From Spirochaetia bacterium (lineage in GTDB: Bacteria; Spirochaetota; Spirochaetia; SZUA-6; Bin103): a stretch of 64,000 nt of DNA. Both the position numbers and the translations under genes were made by a program. The stretch lies in contig CBDATQ010000002.1 of NCBI GenBank assembly GCA_965199955.1, positions 1,088,001-1,152,000 on the forward strand. The letters run 5' to 3'. The notes under the pieces are model-generated. The model was given only the letters and a program-made list of their open reading frames with translations. It had not been told where the DNA came from and ran no database searches. The stretch's first letter is position 1; every line of letters starts with the position of its first letter. Shown here one piece after another: positions 48,340 through 58,365 of this stretch.

Positions 48340-50331
48340 CCGAAGTTCCAGAGCGTGAATCTCTCGTAACTTCATTGACAGAAATTAGTTGCAAGGTGAT
48401 CTGCGTGCTGATTGGCGTCGTTTCGTGTCCATGTAGATGGTGGTGAATAGCGGCGAGATACATGCTATTTGATCTTGACATATCGTGATTTGTGTGCATG
48501 CTGTTGCCACAGATCGGTAGTCATGTACATCGAGTCTGTCCCCAACCGCTCCTCTCCCCCTGCCATCCTGCTCCGCGAGTCCTACCGCGAGCACGGCAAG
48601 GTCAAGAAGCGCACGCTCGCGAACCTCTCCAAATGGCCCCCTGATCTGGTCGACGGCTTGCGCACCCTGCTCAAGGGCGGCCACGCCTTCGCCTCGGTCT
48701 CGGATGCGTTGCTGCTCACGCGCTCGCTGCCCCACGGCCACGTCGCCGCCGTGCTGGGCATCCTCAAGCAGCTCGGACTCCATACCCTCATCGCCCGCAA
48801 GGCCAGCCGCTCGCGCGAGCTGATCATCGCCATGATCACCGCCCGCGTCATCGACGCGCAGTCCAAACTGGCCACCGCCCGCGCGCTCTCACCGCCCAGC
48901 GCCGTGTCCACCCTGGGCGAGTCGCTGCGGTTGGGGGAGGTCGATGAGAACGAGCTCTACGAGGCGATGGACTGGTTGGTCGGGCGCCAGGCGGCGATCG
49001 AGGACCGCCTGGCCGAACAGCACCTCAGCGAGCACACGCTGGTGCTCTACGACGTGAGCTCGACCTACTTCGAGGGCAGCCACTGCGAGCTGGCGCAGTT
49101 GGGACACAGCCGTGACGGCAAGTCGGGCACGCTGCAGATCGTGTTCGGGCTGCTGTGCACCCAGGAAGGCTGTCCGGTGGCGGTGGAGGTATTCCCTGGC
49201 TCTACCGCCGACCCGAAGACGGTGAGCGCGCAGGTGGACAAGATCCGCACCCGCTTCGGGCTCACGCGGGTGGTGCTGGTCGGCGACCGCGGGATGCTGA
49301 GCGCGGCGAGGATCCGCGAGGACCTGCAAGAGGTGGAGGGGCTGCGCTGGATCACCACGCTGCGCGCGCCGACGATCCGCAAGCTGGTGGCCGCCGGCGA
49401 GGTGGCGCCGTCGTTGTTCGACGAGCGCGACCTGGCCGAGATCACCAGCGAGGAGTTTCCGGGCGAGCGGCTGATCGTGTGCCGCAACCCGTTGCTGGCC
49501 GACGAACGGGAGCGCAAGCGCCAGGAGCTGCTACAGGCCACCGAGCAGAAGCTGGCCCCGATCGCTCAGGCCACCCAGCGCGTCCATCAGCCGCTACGGG
49601 GCGAGGCCGAGATCGGCATGCGGGTCGGCAAGGTGATCAATCACTACAAGGTGGGCAAGCACTTCGTGACCGAGATCACCTCCGAGTCGTTCAGCTTTCG
49701 GCGCGATGAGGCCAAGATCGACGCCGAGCAGGCGCTGGACGGGCTGTACATCGTGCGCAGCAACGTGGAGCCGCAGGTGCTCGACGCGGCGCAGACGGTG
49801 CGCGCCTACAAGGGGCTGTCGAAGGTGGAGCGGGCGTTTCGGTGCATGAAGTCCGTGGACCTGAAGGTGCGCCCGATTCACCACCGGCGCGCGGATCGAG
49901 TGCGGGCGCACGTGCTGCTGTGCATGCTGGCCTACTACGTGGAGTGGCACATGCGGCGCTCGTTGGCGCCGTTGCTGTTCGACGATCACGATCGACAGGG
50001 CGCCGAGCGCAAGCGGGTCTCCGAAGTGGCTCCGGCGCAGCGATCGGCGGCCGCGGCGGCCAAGGCGTCGAGCAAGCGCACCGAGGACGGGTTGCCGGTG
50101 CACAGCTTTCGGACGCTGATCACTGAACTGGGCACGCTGACGGCGAACACGATGCAGGTTGCAGAGGGCGGCAGCACGTTCACGCTGCACACGCACCCGA
50201 CGCCGGTTCAGCAGCGCTGTTTCGAGCTGCTTGGGGTCACGCCCCGCATGTAGCCATGCACAGGAACCTGCACCATTGAGAAACTACCCTGACCACAAGG
50301 ACTTCAGGCAATTTCGCTCCTGGAACTTCGG
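48340..50331 (+). mobile_element. Complete IS1634-family insertion sequence (1992 bp)
   Basis: Terminal inverted repeats CCGAAGTTCCAG (48340-48351) and CTGGAACTTCGG (50320-50331); 6-bp target duplication TCTAAC at 48334-48339 and 50332-50337. Confidence 0.93.
48523..50253 (+). CDS. IS1634-family DDE transposase
   Basis: LLRESYRE.GKV..RTLANL, YDVSSTYFEG, GHSRD, VGDRGM, YK.L..VERAFR..K, RVRAH. Confidence 0.93.
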   Translation: MYIESVPNRSSPPAILLRESYREHGKVKKRTLANLSKWPPDLVDGLRTLLKGGHAFASVSDALLLTRSLPHGHVAAVLGILKQLGLHTLIARKASRSRELIIAMITARVIDAQSKLATARALSPPSAVSTLGESLRLGEVDENELYEAMDWLVGRQAAIEDRLAEQHLSEHTLVLYDVSSTYFEGSHCELAQLGHSRDGKSGTLQIVFGLLCTQEGCPVAVEVFPGSTADPKTVSAQVDKIRTRFGLTRVVLVGDRGMLSAARIREDLQEVEGLRWITTLRAPTIRKLVAAGEVAPSLFDERDLAEITSEEFPGERLIVCRNPLLADERERKRQELLQATEQKLAPIAQATQRVHQPLRGEAEIGMRVGKVINHYKVGKHFVTEITSESFSFRRDEAKIDAEQALDGLYIVRSNVEPQVLDAAQTVRAYKGLSKVERAFRCMKSVDLKVRPIHHRRADRVRAHVLLCMLAYYVEWHMRRSLAPLLFDDHDRQGAERKRVSEVAPAQRSAAAAAKASSKRTEDGLPVHSFRTLITELGTLTANTMQVAEGGSTFTLHTHPTPVQQRCFELLGVTPRM

Positions 50332-50338
50332 TCTAACC

Positions 50339-51690
50339 TCAGCAGGCCAGTCCGTACAGCCGGGCGTCGCCCCGCAGGCGCACCCGGATCAGCAACCCCC
50401 GGCCTACCTGCGGCTGGCGCCGGGCGGTGCCCACGATCGCCGACAGGTCGCTCCGCCCGCCCCAGCTCACCACCTGGTCCAGGCCGTCGCCGGACATCGG
50501 GTCGCACTCGGCAAGCGTGAAGCCCGGCACCGCGTCCCCGCTCTGGCAATCCACCAGCTCGACGGCGATCGCACCGCCGGCGGCATCGGCGTTGATCCGC
50601 AGCTCGGGGCGGGCGAAGGCGATCAGCGAGGTGGTCAGCGTGCCCTCCGCTCCGCCGGCGGCAGCCAGCGCCAGCCAGCGGTCGCGGCGCAGCTTCACGA
50701 GCCCGAACGCCGACCGTGTCACGCACATGCCGTCGGTGGCGGGCTCGCCCCAGATGTGGCCGGCGTTCTTGCCGTAGTAGAAGAGGAACACATCGTCGCC
50801 GACGACCTGCGGATTGATGGGGATGATGCAGCCGTCGTCCCAGGCGAGGGGCTGCCGCGGGCGGATGAACGGCTCGCGGTCAACCCGGGTCCACCGCCGA
50901 GAAGCTGACGCCGATGACCCGGTGCTTGGGCATGATGCGCGGCCGCTGCCACAGCACCCAGCGCCGGGTCGCCGGATCCCAGCCGTGCAGGATCGTGTTG
51001 TCCGTGATCAGCGCGCCCGATCCGGCCCAGCCCGGCCGCTGGTGCCACGTCAGCCCGTCGGCCGAGCAGGCGACGTACACCCCGCATGCCAGGTGCCGGC
51101 CGTGGGTGCGGCACCACTCGTCTTCTCCCTGCGGGCCGGTCCAGGTCAGCTCGCCGGGCCGCAGCGGATGGCGGTCCAGGCCGATCGCCTTGTAGCGCCG
51201 CGCGGGGTCGGGGTCATGCGGGGTCCTTGGCGACGCTCCACAGGATGGCGGCCGACTCGCCGACGCCTTCCAGGCGCAGCAGGTTGTTGGAGGTGGAGCC
51301 GGCGAACTCGGTGAGGCCCAGGCTCGGCCGTTCCCAGGACAGGCCGTCGCGGCTCTCGGCATACGCCCAGCGCCGCCTCGCCCCCACCGGCGCGTCCGGC
51401 AGCGCCGGATCGTAGGCGGGATACCAGCACTTGAACCGGGACTCCTCCGCGTCCCAGAGGATGCAGTTGCGGCCGATGAGACCCAGGCCTTCCCACGCGG
51501 CCTCCGGCTCCAGCACCGGCCCGTCGGCCACGCGCTCGACGCTGCCGGTCACCCGGCGCACCCCGTCCACCCGGGCGACGTGAAGGTCGTCCAGGAACAG
51601 ATACGTACGAGCCGGGTAAGCGCCCGTGTCGTGGGGCGAGGGGACAGGAGAGGAGGATACGCTCGTTGGCAAGGGCACGAACGGTACCAT
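50339..51690 (-). pseudogene. GH32/GH130-like five-bladed propeller protein with a frameshift and an internal deletion
   Basis: Three frames: LFLDD...PVL....WE...YAES.DG..W.RP.LG; a +1 shift in a C-run near 51221; RRYK...S.DGLTW; a junction near 50890 lacking about 65 aa relative to paralog 56831..58321; then LRRDRW...INADA...GF...CD. Confidence 0.8.
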
Positions 51691-51817
51691 GCCGGTATAT
51701 CCCGCCGCAGTCCGAGGGCGGCCATGCGTGGCCCACGTCCGGACCGGTCGTCCAGAAGATTCCGGCGCAATTCAGTGGCGGCCCGCGCGCGGTATGATGA
51801 CCGGAGGAGGGATGCAC

Positions 51818-53170
51818 ATGGCACAGGGTGACGTTCTTCCTTCGGAGAAGCGGGAGTACCGCGAACCGGCGACCGGCGTGAAGGTGGTGCAGCTTACCGA
51901 TGGGCCCTGCTACAACGTCCACCCCTACTACAACCAGGAGGGGTTCATCGGCGGCTCGGAGCGGTTCGTGTTTGCTTCCAACCGCTCCGGAAAAGGTCAG
52001 ATCTACGCGGTGGAGACCGGCTCCGGCAAGATCGTGCAACTCACCGACTACGAGGAACCGCCGGTGATGGCAGGCCTGGACCCGCACACCGGGACCGGCG
52101 GCTCGGCCGGCCTGACCTGCGATCCGGTGCGCGGCCGCATCTACTACGGCTGCGGCCGGCACTATTGCTGCCTGGACGTCGAGACCCTGCGCGAGGAGAT
52201 CGTCGCCGAGTCGCCGCCGGGGTGCGAACCGCTGGGCGGCTCGGATCTGTCGAGCTGTGGACGCTACCTGGTACTGATGACGCGGCCCGACGACGCATCG
52301 CCGTGGCCGATGCACGACGACTCCCGCTATCGGCACGGCAGCGAGATGCTGGTGATCCTGTGCGACTTGGAGGAGCGGCGGCAGGCGATCGTCTACCACG
52401 GCCCCAGCGCCGAGAACCGCGCCGCGGCGGACAGCCACCTGTTCATCTGCCGGGGCGATCCCTCCTACCTGTTCTTCGGCAGCTACACCCGCACGCAGCC
52501 GACCGGGCTGAAGACCATGTGGTTCATGCGGGTCGACCTGGAGCGCCTGGTGCCGCTGCAGGATCCGCTGCCGATCTTCCCGCAGCAGCCGCACGAGATG
52601 GTCAACCACTACTACCCGGCGCCGAACAACCACGTCGAGTCGCTGCTGTTCACGTTGACCGAGCGCGACCGCGACAGCATACCGGTGAGCCCGGTGCGCC
52701 GCGCGGAGATGATCGACGTCGACCTGGTCAACCGGGTGGAGCGCCGCTGGGTTTTCCCGGGCCGCGAGCCCATCCACTTCAAGTGCAACTCCAAGCCCGA
52801 CCTGTGGGTGGGCGACGCCGCCGACCCCGGCCTGCAATGGTTCGAGGGTCGCGGCGATCTCGACCGGTACGTGGACGATGGGGAAGGCGAGGCCGCCGAG
52901 GGTCCTGACTCGTCGGCGCGCCGGGACCCGGACGCGGTCGGGCTGACCGGCTATCGGTGGCCCGAAGCGCACCGCTGGATCGGCATGTTCCGCAAGCGCG
53001 GTCCGTTCATCGAGATGCGGCCGCTGGTGCGCCACGACACGGTCTGGCGGTGCACCCATCCGCACCCGGTGTTCTCGCCGGACGACCGCTGGGTGGCCTA
53101 TGGGTCCGGGGACCGCCGGCAGGCGCAGCTCTTCCTGGCGGAGGCGGTCTGGCCGCGCTGGATGACGTGA
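51818..53170 (+). CDS. Oligogalacturonate lyase-like seven-bladed propeller (copy 1)
   Basis: MAQG.....Y....TG..V.QLT, HPYY, F.SNRSG, QLTD, C-terminal HPHP.FSPD. Confidence 0.7.
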   Translation: MAQGDVLPSEKREYREPATGVKVVQLTDGPCYNVHPYYNQEGFIGGSERFVFASNRSGKGQIYAVETGSGKIVQLTDYEEPPVMAGLDPHTGTGGSAGLTCDPVRGRIYYGCGRHYCCLDVETLREEIVAESPPGCEPLGGSDLSSCGRYLVLMTRPDDASPWPMHDDSRYRHGSEMLVILCDLEERRQAIVYHGPSAENRAAADSHLFICRGDPSYLFFGSYTRTQPTGLKTMWFMRVDLERLVPLQDPLPIFPQQPHEMVNHYYPAPNNHVESLLFTLTERDRDSIPVSPVRRAEMIDVDLVNRVERRWVFPGREPIHFKCNSKPDLWVGDAADPGLQWFEGRGDLDRYVDDGEGEAAEGPDSSARRDPDAVGLTGYRWPEAHRWIGMFRKRGPFIEMRPLVRHDTVWRCTHPHPVFSPDDRWVAYGSGDRRQAQLFLAEAVWPRWMT

Positions 53171-53468
53171 GCGCTCCCGCCGGCTCGTTAGGCGAGCTTG
53201 ACAGGGCTGTGGAGTAGGGGAAGGCTCGGGAGAACGTATCCGATCCGTCACGCGTCGATCGAGGACGTGCTTACGCTGGCTTGCGCCCGCACGTTTCCTT
53301 CCAGCCCCGTCCGCCACAGGGACGAACGACGTCGGTCCGCGTGCGCACCGATGACGCACGGCTCCACGCGCCGATGATCGTCGTCGATACGCGGCAACGG
53401 CTCGCCGGCCGTCGCGACTACGTCACCAAGAACGTCCGCCGTCACTGGTTCATTTATAACTATGCGTC

Positions 53469-53729
53469 GTGAGCGAAGCCTGGGAAGCCCTGCCGCAGTG
53501 GATGGATTTCATCTCGCTGTCCGATGAGGCCGCTCAGATCCAGAGTGCGCTCAACGACGTCAGGACCAGGTGGTTTGTCGATTTCCTGCTCGGCAACAAG
53601 GATGTAGCCACCGAATGGGATGCGTTCGTGCAGGAGTACAAGGAGCGAGGCGGCGACCAGATTCTTGCCGAGTGGGCGCACGAGGCCGATGAGGCACGCG
53701 CCCAGTGGGAGGCGGTCGTCGGCGGATAG
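53469..53729 (+). pseudogene. C-terminal remnant of a sugar solute-binding protein
   Basis: WEALPQWMD...Q.AL.D....W...F.LGNKDV..EWD.FV.EY.E.GG aligns with the last ~85 aa of 37140..38957. Confidence 0.8.
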
Positions 53730-53739
53730 TCGACGTTAT

Positions 53740-53772
53740 CGGCGCGGAGGGGAGGCTTCTCCCCTCCCGCCG
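53740..53772. terminator. Hairpin between convergent genes
   Basis: GGAGGGGAG-GCTT-CTCCCCTCC stem with flanking CGGCG/CGCCG extension. Confidence 0.5.
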
Positions 53773-53784
53773 TTACGCAGGCGC

Positions 53785-53997
53785 TCAGCCCGCTTTCTGC
53801 AGCTCGGTCATCCCCTTGACGTGCGCTCGTACGGAGTGGCTGGGCGCGGCAGAGGTCGTCGCCGGCACCAGGGCACAGGCGCTGCAGATGCGATCGCGGC
53901 CGTAGTTGGCTTCGACCCCGCGCGGGGTCGTCAGGGCGCGTCCGCAGTGCAGGCATCGCGCCGGCCTTCGGGTGACGTTCGCTTGTTCAGTCAGCAT
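53785..53997 (-). CDS. Small zinc-finger protein (DUF6011-like)
   Basis: CLHCGRALT...YG....CSAC; GGAGGT ribosome-binding site upstream of the ATG. Confidence 0.6.
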   Translation of the reverse strand: MLTEQANVTRRPARCLHCGRALTTPRGVEANYGRDRICSACALVPATTSAAPSHSVRAHVKGMTELQKAG

Positions 53998-54114
53998 CGT
54001 TCACTACCTCCACCGATAGCATACGCACGCCGGCAACGACACTCAAATCCGATGGCGAGTCGGTGCGCCGCGCCGGGTCGCGGGACACGGTATGATGAAC
54101 GAGGGGTTCTACGC

Positions 54115-55470
54115 ATGGCACAGGGTGACGTTCTTCGGTCTGAGAAACGGGAGTACCGCGAAGCGGCGACCGGCGTGAAGGTGGTGCAGCTCACCGACGC
54201 GCCGTGCCACAACGTGCATCCCTACTACAACCAGGAAGGGTTCGTCGGCGGTTCGGAACGGTACGTGTTCGCCTCAAACCGGTCGGGGAAGGGGCAGATC
54301 TACTCGGTGGAGCCCGGCTCCGGCAGGATCGTGCAGCTCACCGACTCGGAGGAGCCTCCGGTTCTGGCCGGCATCGAGAATCGGCCCGGAGGGGGAGCGG
54401 GCTCGGGGGGCCTCACCTGCGACCCGGTGCGCGGGCGCATCTACTACAGCCGCGGGCAACGCGTCTGCTGCCTGGATATCGAGACCCTGCGTGAGGAGGT
54501 CGTCGCCGAATCGCCGCCGGGGTGCGGCGCCCTGGGCGGCCCCGACCTGTCGAGCTGCGGGCGCTACCTGGTGCTGGGCTGCCGGCCGGAGGGCGCGTCG
54601 ACGTGGCCGTCGCGGGGCGAGAACCGCTACCGGCACGGCAGCGAGACGCTGGTGGTGCTCTGCGACCTGCAGGAGGGGCGGCAGGCGGTCGTCTACCACG
54701 GCCCGAGCGCCGAGAACCGCGCCGCGGCCGACAGCCACCTGTTCATCTGCCGGGGCGATCCGTCCTACCTGTTCTTCGGAAGCTATACGCGCACGCAGCC
54801 CACGGGTCTGAAGACGATGTGGTTCATGCGGGTAGACCTGGAGCGGCTGGTGCCCTTGCAGGATCCGCTGCCGATCTTCGATCAGCAGCCGTTCGAGATG
54901 GTCAACCATTACTACCCGGCGCCGAACAATCACGTCGAGTCGCAGTTGTTCACCTACACCCAGCACGACCGCGACGGCGTCCCGGTGAGCCCGGTGCGGC
55001 GCGCGGAGATGATCGACGTCGACGTGGTCAACCGCGTCGACCGCCGCTGGGTCTTCCCCGGCCGCGAGCCTATCCACTTCAAGTGCAACTCGAAGGCCGA
55101 CCTCTGGGTGGGCGACGCCGCCGACCCCGGCCCGCTGTGGTTCGAGGGACGGGGCGACCTGGAGCGCTTCGTGGACGAAGGGGAAGGGGAGGCCGCCGAG
55201 GGACCCCTCTCGTCGGCGCGCCGCGATCCACAGGCGATCGGGCCGGAAGGCTACCGCTGGCCGCAAGCGCACCGTTGGATCGGCATGTTCCGCAAGCGTG
55301 GCCCGTTCATCGAGATGCGGCCGCTGGCGCGCCACGACACGGTGTGGCGCTGCATCCATCCGCACCCGGTGTTCTCGCCCGACGACCGCTGGACGGCCTG
55401 GGGCGCGGGCGGCGCCCGGCAGTCGCAGCTCTTCCTGGCAGAGGCGGTCTGGCCGCGTTGGCTGACGTGA
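54115..55470 (+). CDS. Oligogalacturonate lyase-like seven-bladed propeller (copy 2)
   Basis: Colinear, highly similar paralog of 51818..53170. Confidence 0.7.
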   Translation: MAQGDVLRSEKREYREAATGVKVVQLTDAPCHNVHPYYNQEGFVGGSERYVFASNRSGKGQIYSVEPGSGRIVQLTDSEEPPVLAGIENRPGGGAGSGGLTCDPVRGRIYYSRGQRVCCLDIETLREEVVAESPPGCGALGGPDLSSCGRYLVLGCRPEGASTWPSRGENRYRHGSETLVVLCDLQEGRQAVVYHGPSAENRAAADSHLFICRGDPSYLFFGSYTRTQPTGLKTMWFMRVDLERLVPLQDPLPIFDQQPFEMVNHYYPAPNNHVESQLFTYTQHDRDGVPVSPVRRAEMIDVDVVNRVDRRWVFPGREPIHFKCNSKADLWVGDAADPGPLWFEGRGDLERFVDEGEGEAAEGPLSSARRDPQAIGPEGYRWPQAHRWIGMFRKRGPFIEMRPLARHDTVWRCIHPHPVFSPDDRWTAWGAGGARQSQLFLAEAVWPRWLT

Positions 55471-56378
55471 GTCCGGCGGGCACCGCCGCCGGCGACCTGC
55501 GGCTGGCCAAGTTCGATCCGCTTCCGCGGGTGCTGTTCTTCGACGACTTCGACGAAGGCATCAACGGCTGGTGCGAGCTCTGCGGCAACCACGACAACAA
55601 CCTCGACAACATCCGCCCGCTGGTGCGCGACCTGCGGCCGTCGCAGCTCTCCACCTGCACCTTCTTCGACATCGGCACGCACGGCAGCTTCGACGGCGTC
55701 TACTCGCTGAAGCTGGCCACCCGGCCCCGCGTCAACCACATGAACCAGCTCATCAAGCGAGTCAGCTACGTGCGGCGCGGGCTGGTGCGGCTGGAGTCGT
55801 GGTTCACCTACAAGGCGGAGACGGTGTTCGACCCTTCGCTCACCGGGCCGAAGCAGTGGGACGGCAACTACCACCCGGTGGAGGCGATGTTCGGCGACTT
55901 CTGCTTCAGCAACGACGTCAACGACGGCCCGGACGGCAAGCGCCACCACTGCGCGCTGCGCTACGTCAACACCGACTTCGAGGGCAACTTCGTGCGCACG
56001 TGGATGTACAAGACCTCGCTGCAGGTGACCACGAAGATGCAGCTCGCCGGCATGCCGACGCCGACCGATTACCACACCGTGCACCCCGACGACTGGGAGG
56101 AGGTGCCCGGCGGCGCGTTCTCCCTCTGCCACAACGAGGTGCCCACCAAGATCAACTGGAACTACCTGAGCTGGACCTTCGACACCGACGCGCGCCGCAA
56201 CGTCGAGCTGCGCGTGAACGACCGGGTGATGGATCTGCGCGATCTGCCCGTGCCCGTATACGACCACGAGTACTACGGCTGCGACCGGCTGCTCAACTTC
56301 TGCATCGACGTGCGCACGCACCTGCCGGTGCGCAACTTCCTGTTCCTGGACTCGGTCCTGGTCAGCGTGGACTGGTGA
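55467..56378 (+). CDS. Conserved hypothetical protein (DUF6772-like)
   Basis: DDFD.G.NGW, GTHGS.DG.YSLKLAT, N...TK.NW.Y; the GTG start overlaps the upstream stop. Confidence 0.7.
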   Translation: MSPAGTAAGDLRLAKFDPLPRVLFFDDFDEGINGWCELCGNHDNNLDNIRPLVRDLRPSQLSTCTFFDIGTHGSFDGVYSLKLATRPRVNHMNQLIKRVSYVRRGLVRLESWFTYKAETVFDPSLTGPKQWDGNYHPVEAMFGDFCFSNDVNDGPDGKRHHCALRYVNTDFEGNFVRTWMYKTSLQVTTKMQLAGMPTPTDYHTVHPDDWEEVPGGAFSLCHNEVPTKINWNYLSWTFDTDARRNVELRVNDRVMDLRDLPVPVYDHEYYGCDRLLNFCIDVRTHLPVRNFLFLDSVLVSVDW

Positions 56379-56379
56379 G

Positions 56380-56715
56380 ATGCTGCGCCGCTTTCATACC
56401 GCGGTCCTGGAGAAGAACGAGACCTACGGGGAGGCGTTCGACACCGAGCCCATGGAATGCGGCTGGGCGAGCGAGGCGACCTGGTTCCTGCGGGTGGCAG
56501 AGCTGGATGCCGGCACCACGTTCCGGGTGCAGGCGCAGGTGTCCCCGGACGGCCTGGGCTGGTGCGAAAAGGAGGGGGTGGCGCTGGCGGTCCCCGGCAC
56601 CGGGCTCCACCAGTTGGAGGTCCGCCACTTCGGCGGCTGGCTGCGCCTGCGCTGCGACGTGCGGGGCGACGCGCCGCGCGTGAAACTGACGATCTACCTG
56701 GCGCTCAAGGAGTAG
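56380..56715 (+). CDS. Small beta-sandwich protein (DUF6385-like)
   Basis: TAVLE.N, TEP.E.GWASEA, QVSPDG..W, FGGWLRL. Confidence 0.7.
   Translation: MLRRFHTAVLEKNETYGEAFDTEPMECGWASEATWFLRVAELDAGTTFRVQAQVSPDGLGWCEKEGVALAVPGTGLHQLEVRHFGGWLRLRCDVRGDAPRVKLTIYLALKE
56620..56715 (+). repeat. 96-bp imperfect direct repeat, copy 1
   Basis: 3' end of the DUF6385-like gene, GTCCGCCACTTCGGCGGCTGGCTG...CGCTCAAGGAGTAG. Confidence 0.9.
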
Positions 56716-56830
56716 TTCGCGTGAGGCCGCCGGCCGGTTGACGCTGCACGCAGCCCGGCAACACACTCCGAATTCGTTCGTCCTGGATTCGTGGCGCTGT
56801 CGCATTCCCCTGAACACGGAGGCAACGGAA

Positions 56831-58321
56831 ATGTCCGATGCAACATGCACGAGCGACTGGCAGGAACTGCATGTGGAGACCGGATTCTACCCGCCGGTGA
56901 CCTATCTGCTGATCGACGACCTGCACATTCGCAGGATGGAGGGCGTGCAGCGCGCGCTGTGCGAGCCGCAGAAGCATCCGGAGCCTGTCGTCCAGGCCCA
57001 GAAGCCTTGGGAAGGAGAGGGCGTGTGGATGCACAACGGGTGGCTTTACGACCGCGATGAAAAGGTATTCAAGCTGTGGTACCATTGTCACGACCCCAGC
57101 TTCTACGACGAATACCCGCACCTGGGGTGGAACTATCGCCGCGCCTACGCGGTTTCGGCAGACGCGCGGACCTGGGAAAAGCCGGAGCTGGGTGTTGTAC
57201 CTTGGCAGGGAAGCACCCGCAACAACCTGGTGGAATTTCCTCCGGCCGGCGGTGACGGCCCGAACGCCAACGTGTTCAAGAATCCGGGGGACGGCGATCC
57301 CAACCGCCGCTACATGTCCTTGAGCTCGGAACGCCACCCCCGAGAACCGGGTGAAAAAGCCATCACGTGGCCGGGCGGTCCGGATCCGAAGGACGATCCC
57401 AACGGGCGCGGCTTTTACCTCTGCGACTCGCCAGACGGCTTTTCCTGGACCCGGCGGCCGCGACCCATCATGAGCCACGCGCTGTGCATGGACGGGCCTA
57501 CCGTTCACGGGTTCGACGAAGACCTGAACGCGTGGATACTGTGGTGGCGTCCGCGCATTGGCCCGAAATTCCGAACCATGGGCATCAGCATCGCACGCGA
57601 TCTTGAGAGAGTCCCGTACCCGCAGATGGCGCTGGTACCCGACGACGATGATGCGCCCGGTACCGAGTTTGACCGCTGCGCATCGATCAAGGTTTCGGGC
57701 GGATACGTCGCGCTGGTGCGCACTCTGTTTCCCGAGTACAATCGCCGCGAAGCGAGGGATTTTCGGCACATCCACTGCCAACTGGCTTTCAGCCGGGATG
57801 CACGCACGTGGAGTCGGCCGGCCGGTCGCCAGTCCATGTTGACCGTCGGCGAACCGGGCACCTGGGACGAACTGCTCATCACACCGGCAAACCCGATCCA
57901 GGTCGGCGACGACATCTACATTCTGTATCAAGCGGGTCGCGGCGAGACGCAGCGTGGGATCGGATTGGCCACACTCAAACGCGATCGCTGGGCAGCGATC
58001 GAACCGGTCCACATCCATGGGGTGTTGAAGACCCACCCGATCAGTTGGGCCGATCGTCAGCTGCGTATCAACGCCAACGCCACAGGCGGTTCGATTCGTG
58101 CCGAGCTTCTGGATGTTGAAGACAAACCCGTTCCAGGATTCACGATGGGCGATAGCGATCCGGTTAGCGGCGACAGCCTCGACCACACAATGAGCTGGGG
58201 AGGAAAATCTCAGCTTCCGGACGATATGATTGGCGCCGCGTACTTGGAAGGGACGCCGGGTCGAGTCATGTCGATTCGATTCGACATCGATCGTGCCAGG
58301 CTGTTCTCGTTTTCGTGCTGA
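56831..58321 (+). CDS. GH32/GH130-like five-bladed propeller protein (intact)
   Basis: LLIDD, PV.....PWE, YAVS.D..TWEKPELG, S.DG..W, LAFSRD..TW, IGLATLKRDRW, C-terminal beta-sandwich. Confidence 0.78.
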   Translation: MSDATCTSDWQELHVETGFYPPVTYLLIDDLHIRRMEGVQRALCEPQKHPEPVVQAQKPWEGEGVWMHNGWLYDRDEKVFKLWYHCHDPSFYDEYPHLGWNYRRAYAVSADARTWEKPELGVVPWQGSTRNNLVEFPPAGGDGPNANVFKNPGDGDPNRRYMSLSSERHPREPGEKAITWPGGPDPKDDPNGRGFYLCDSPDGFSWTRRPRPIMSHALCMDGPTVHGFDEDLNAWILWWRPRIGPKFRTMGISIARDLERVPYPQMALVPDDDDAPGTEFDRCASIKVSGGYVALVRTLFPEYNRREARDFRHIHCQLAFSRDARTWSRPAGRQSMLTVGEPGTWDELLITPANPIQVGDDIYILYQAGRGETQRGIGLATLKRDRWAAIEPVHIHGVLKTHPISWADRQLRINANATGGSIRAELLDVEDKPVPGFTMGDSDPVSGDSLDHTMSWGGKSQLPDDMIGAAYLEGTPGRVMSIRFDIDRARLFSFSC

Positions 58322-58365
58322 AACACCCTTGTCAATCGGCAACACTGGGACACTTTGGGACCCGA

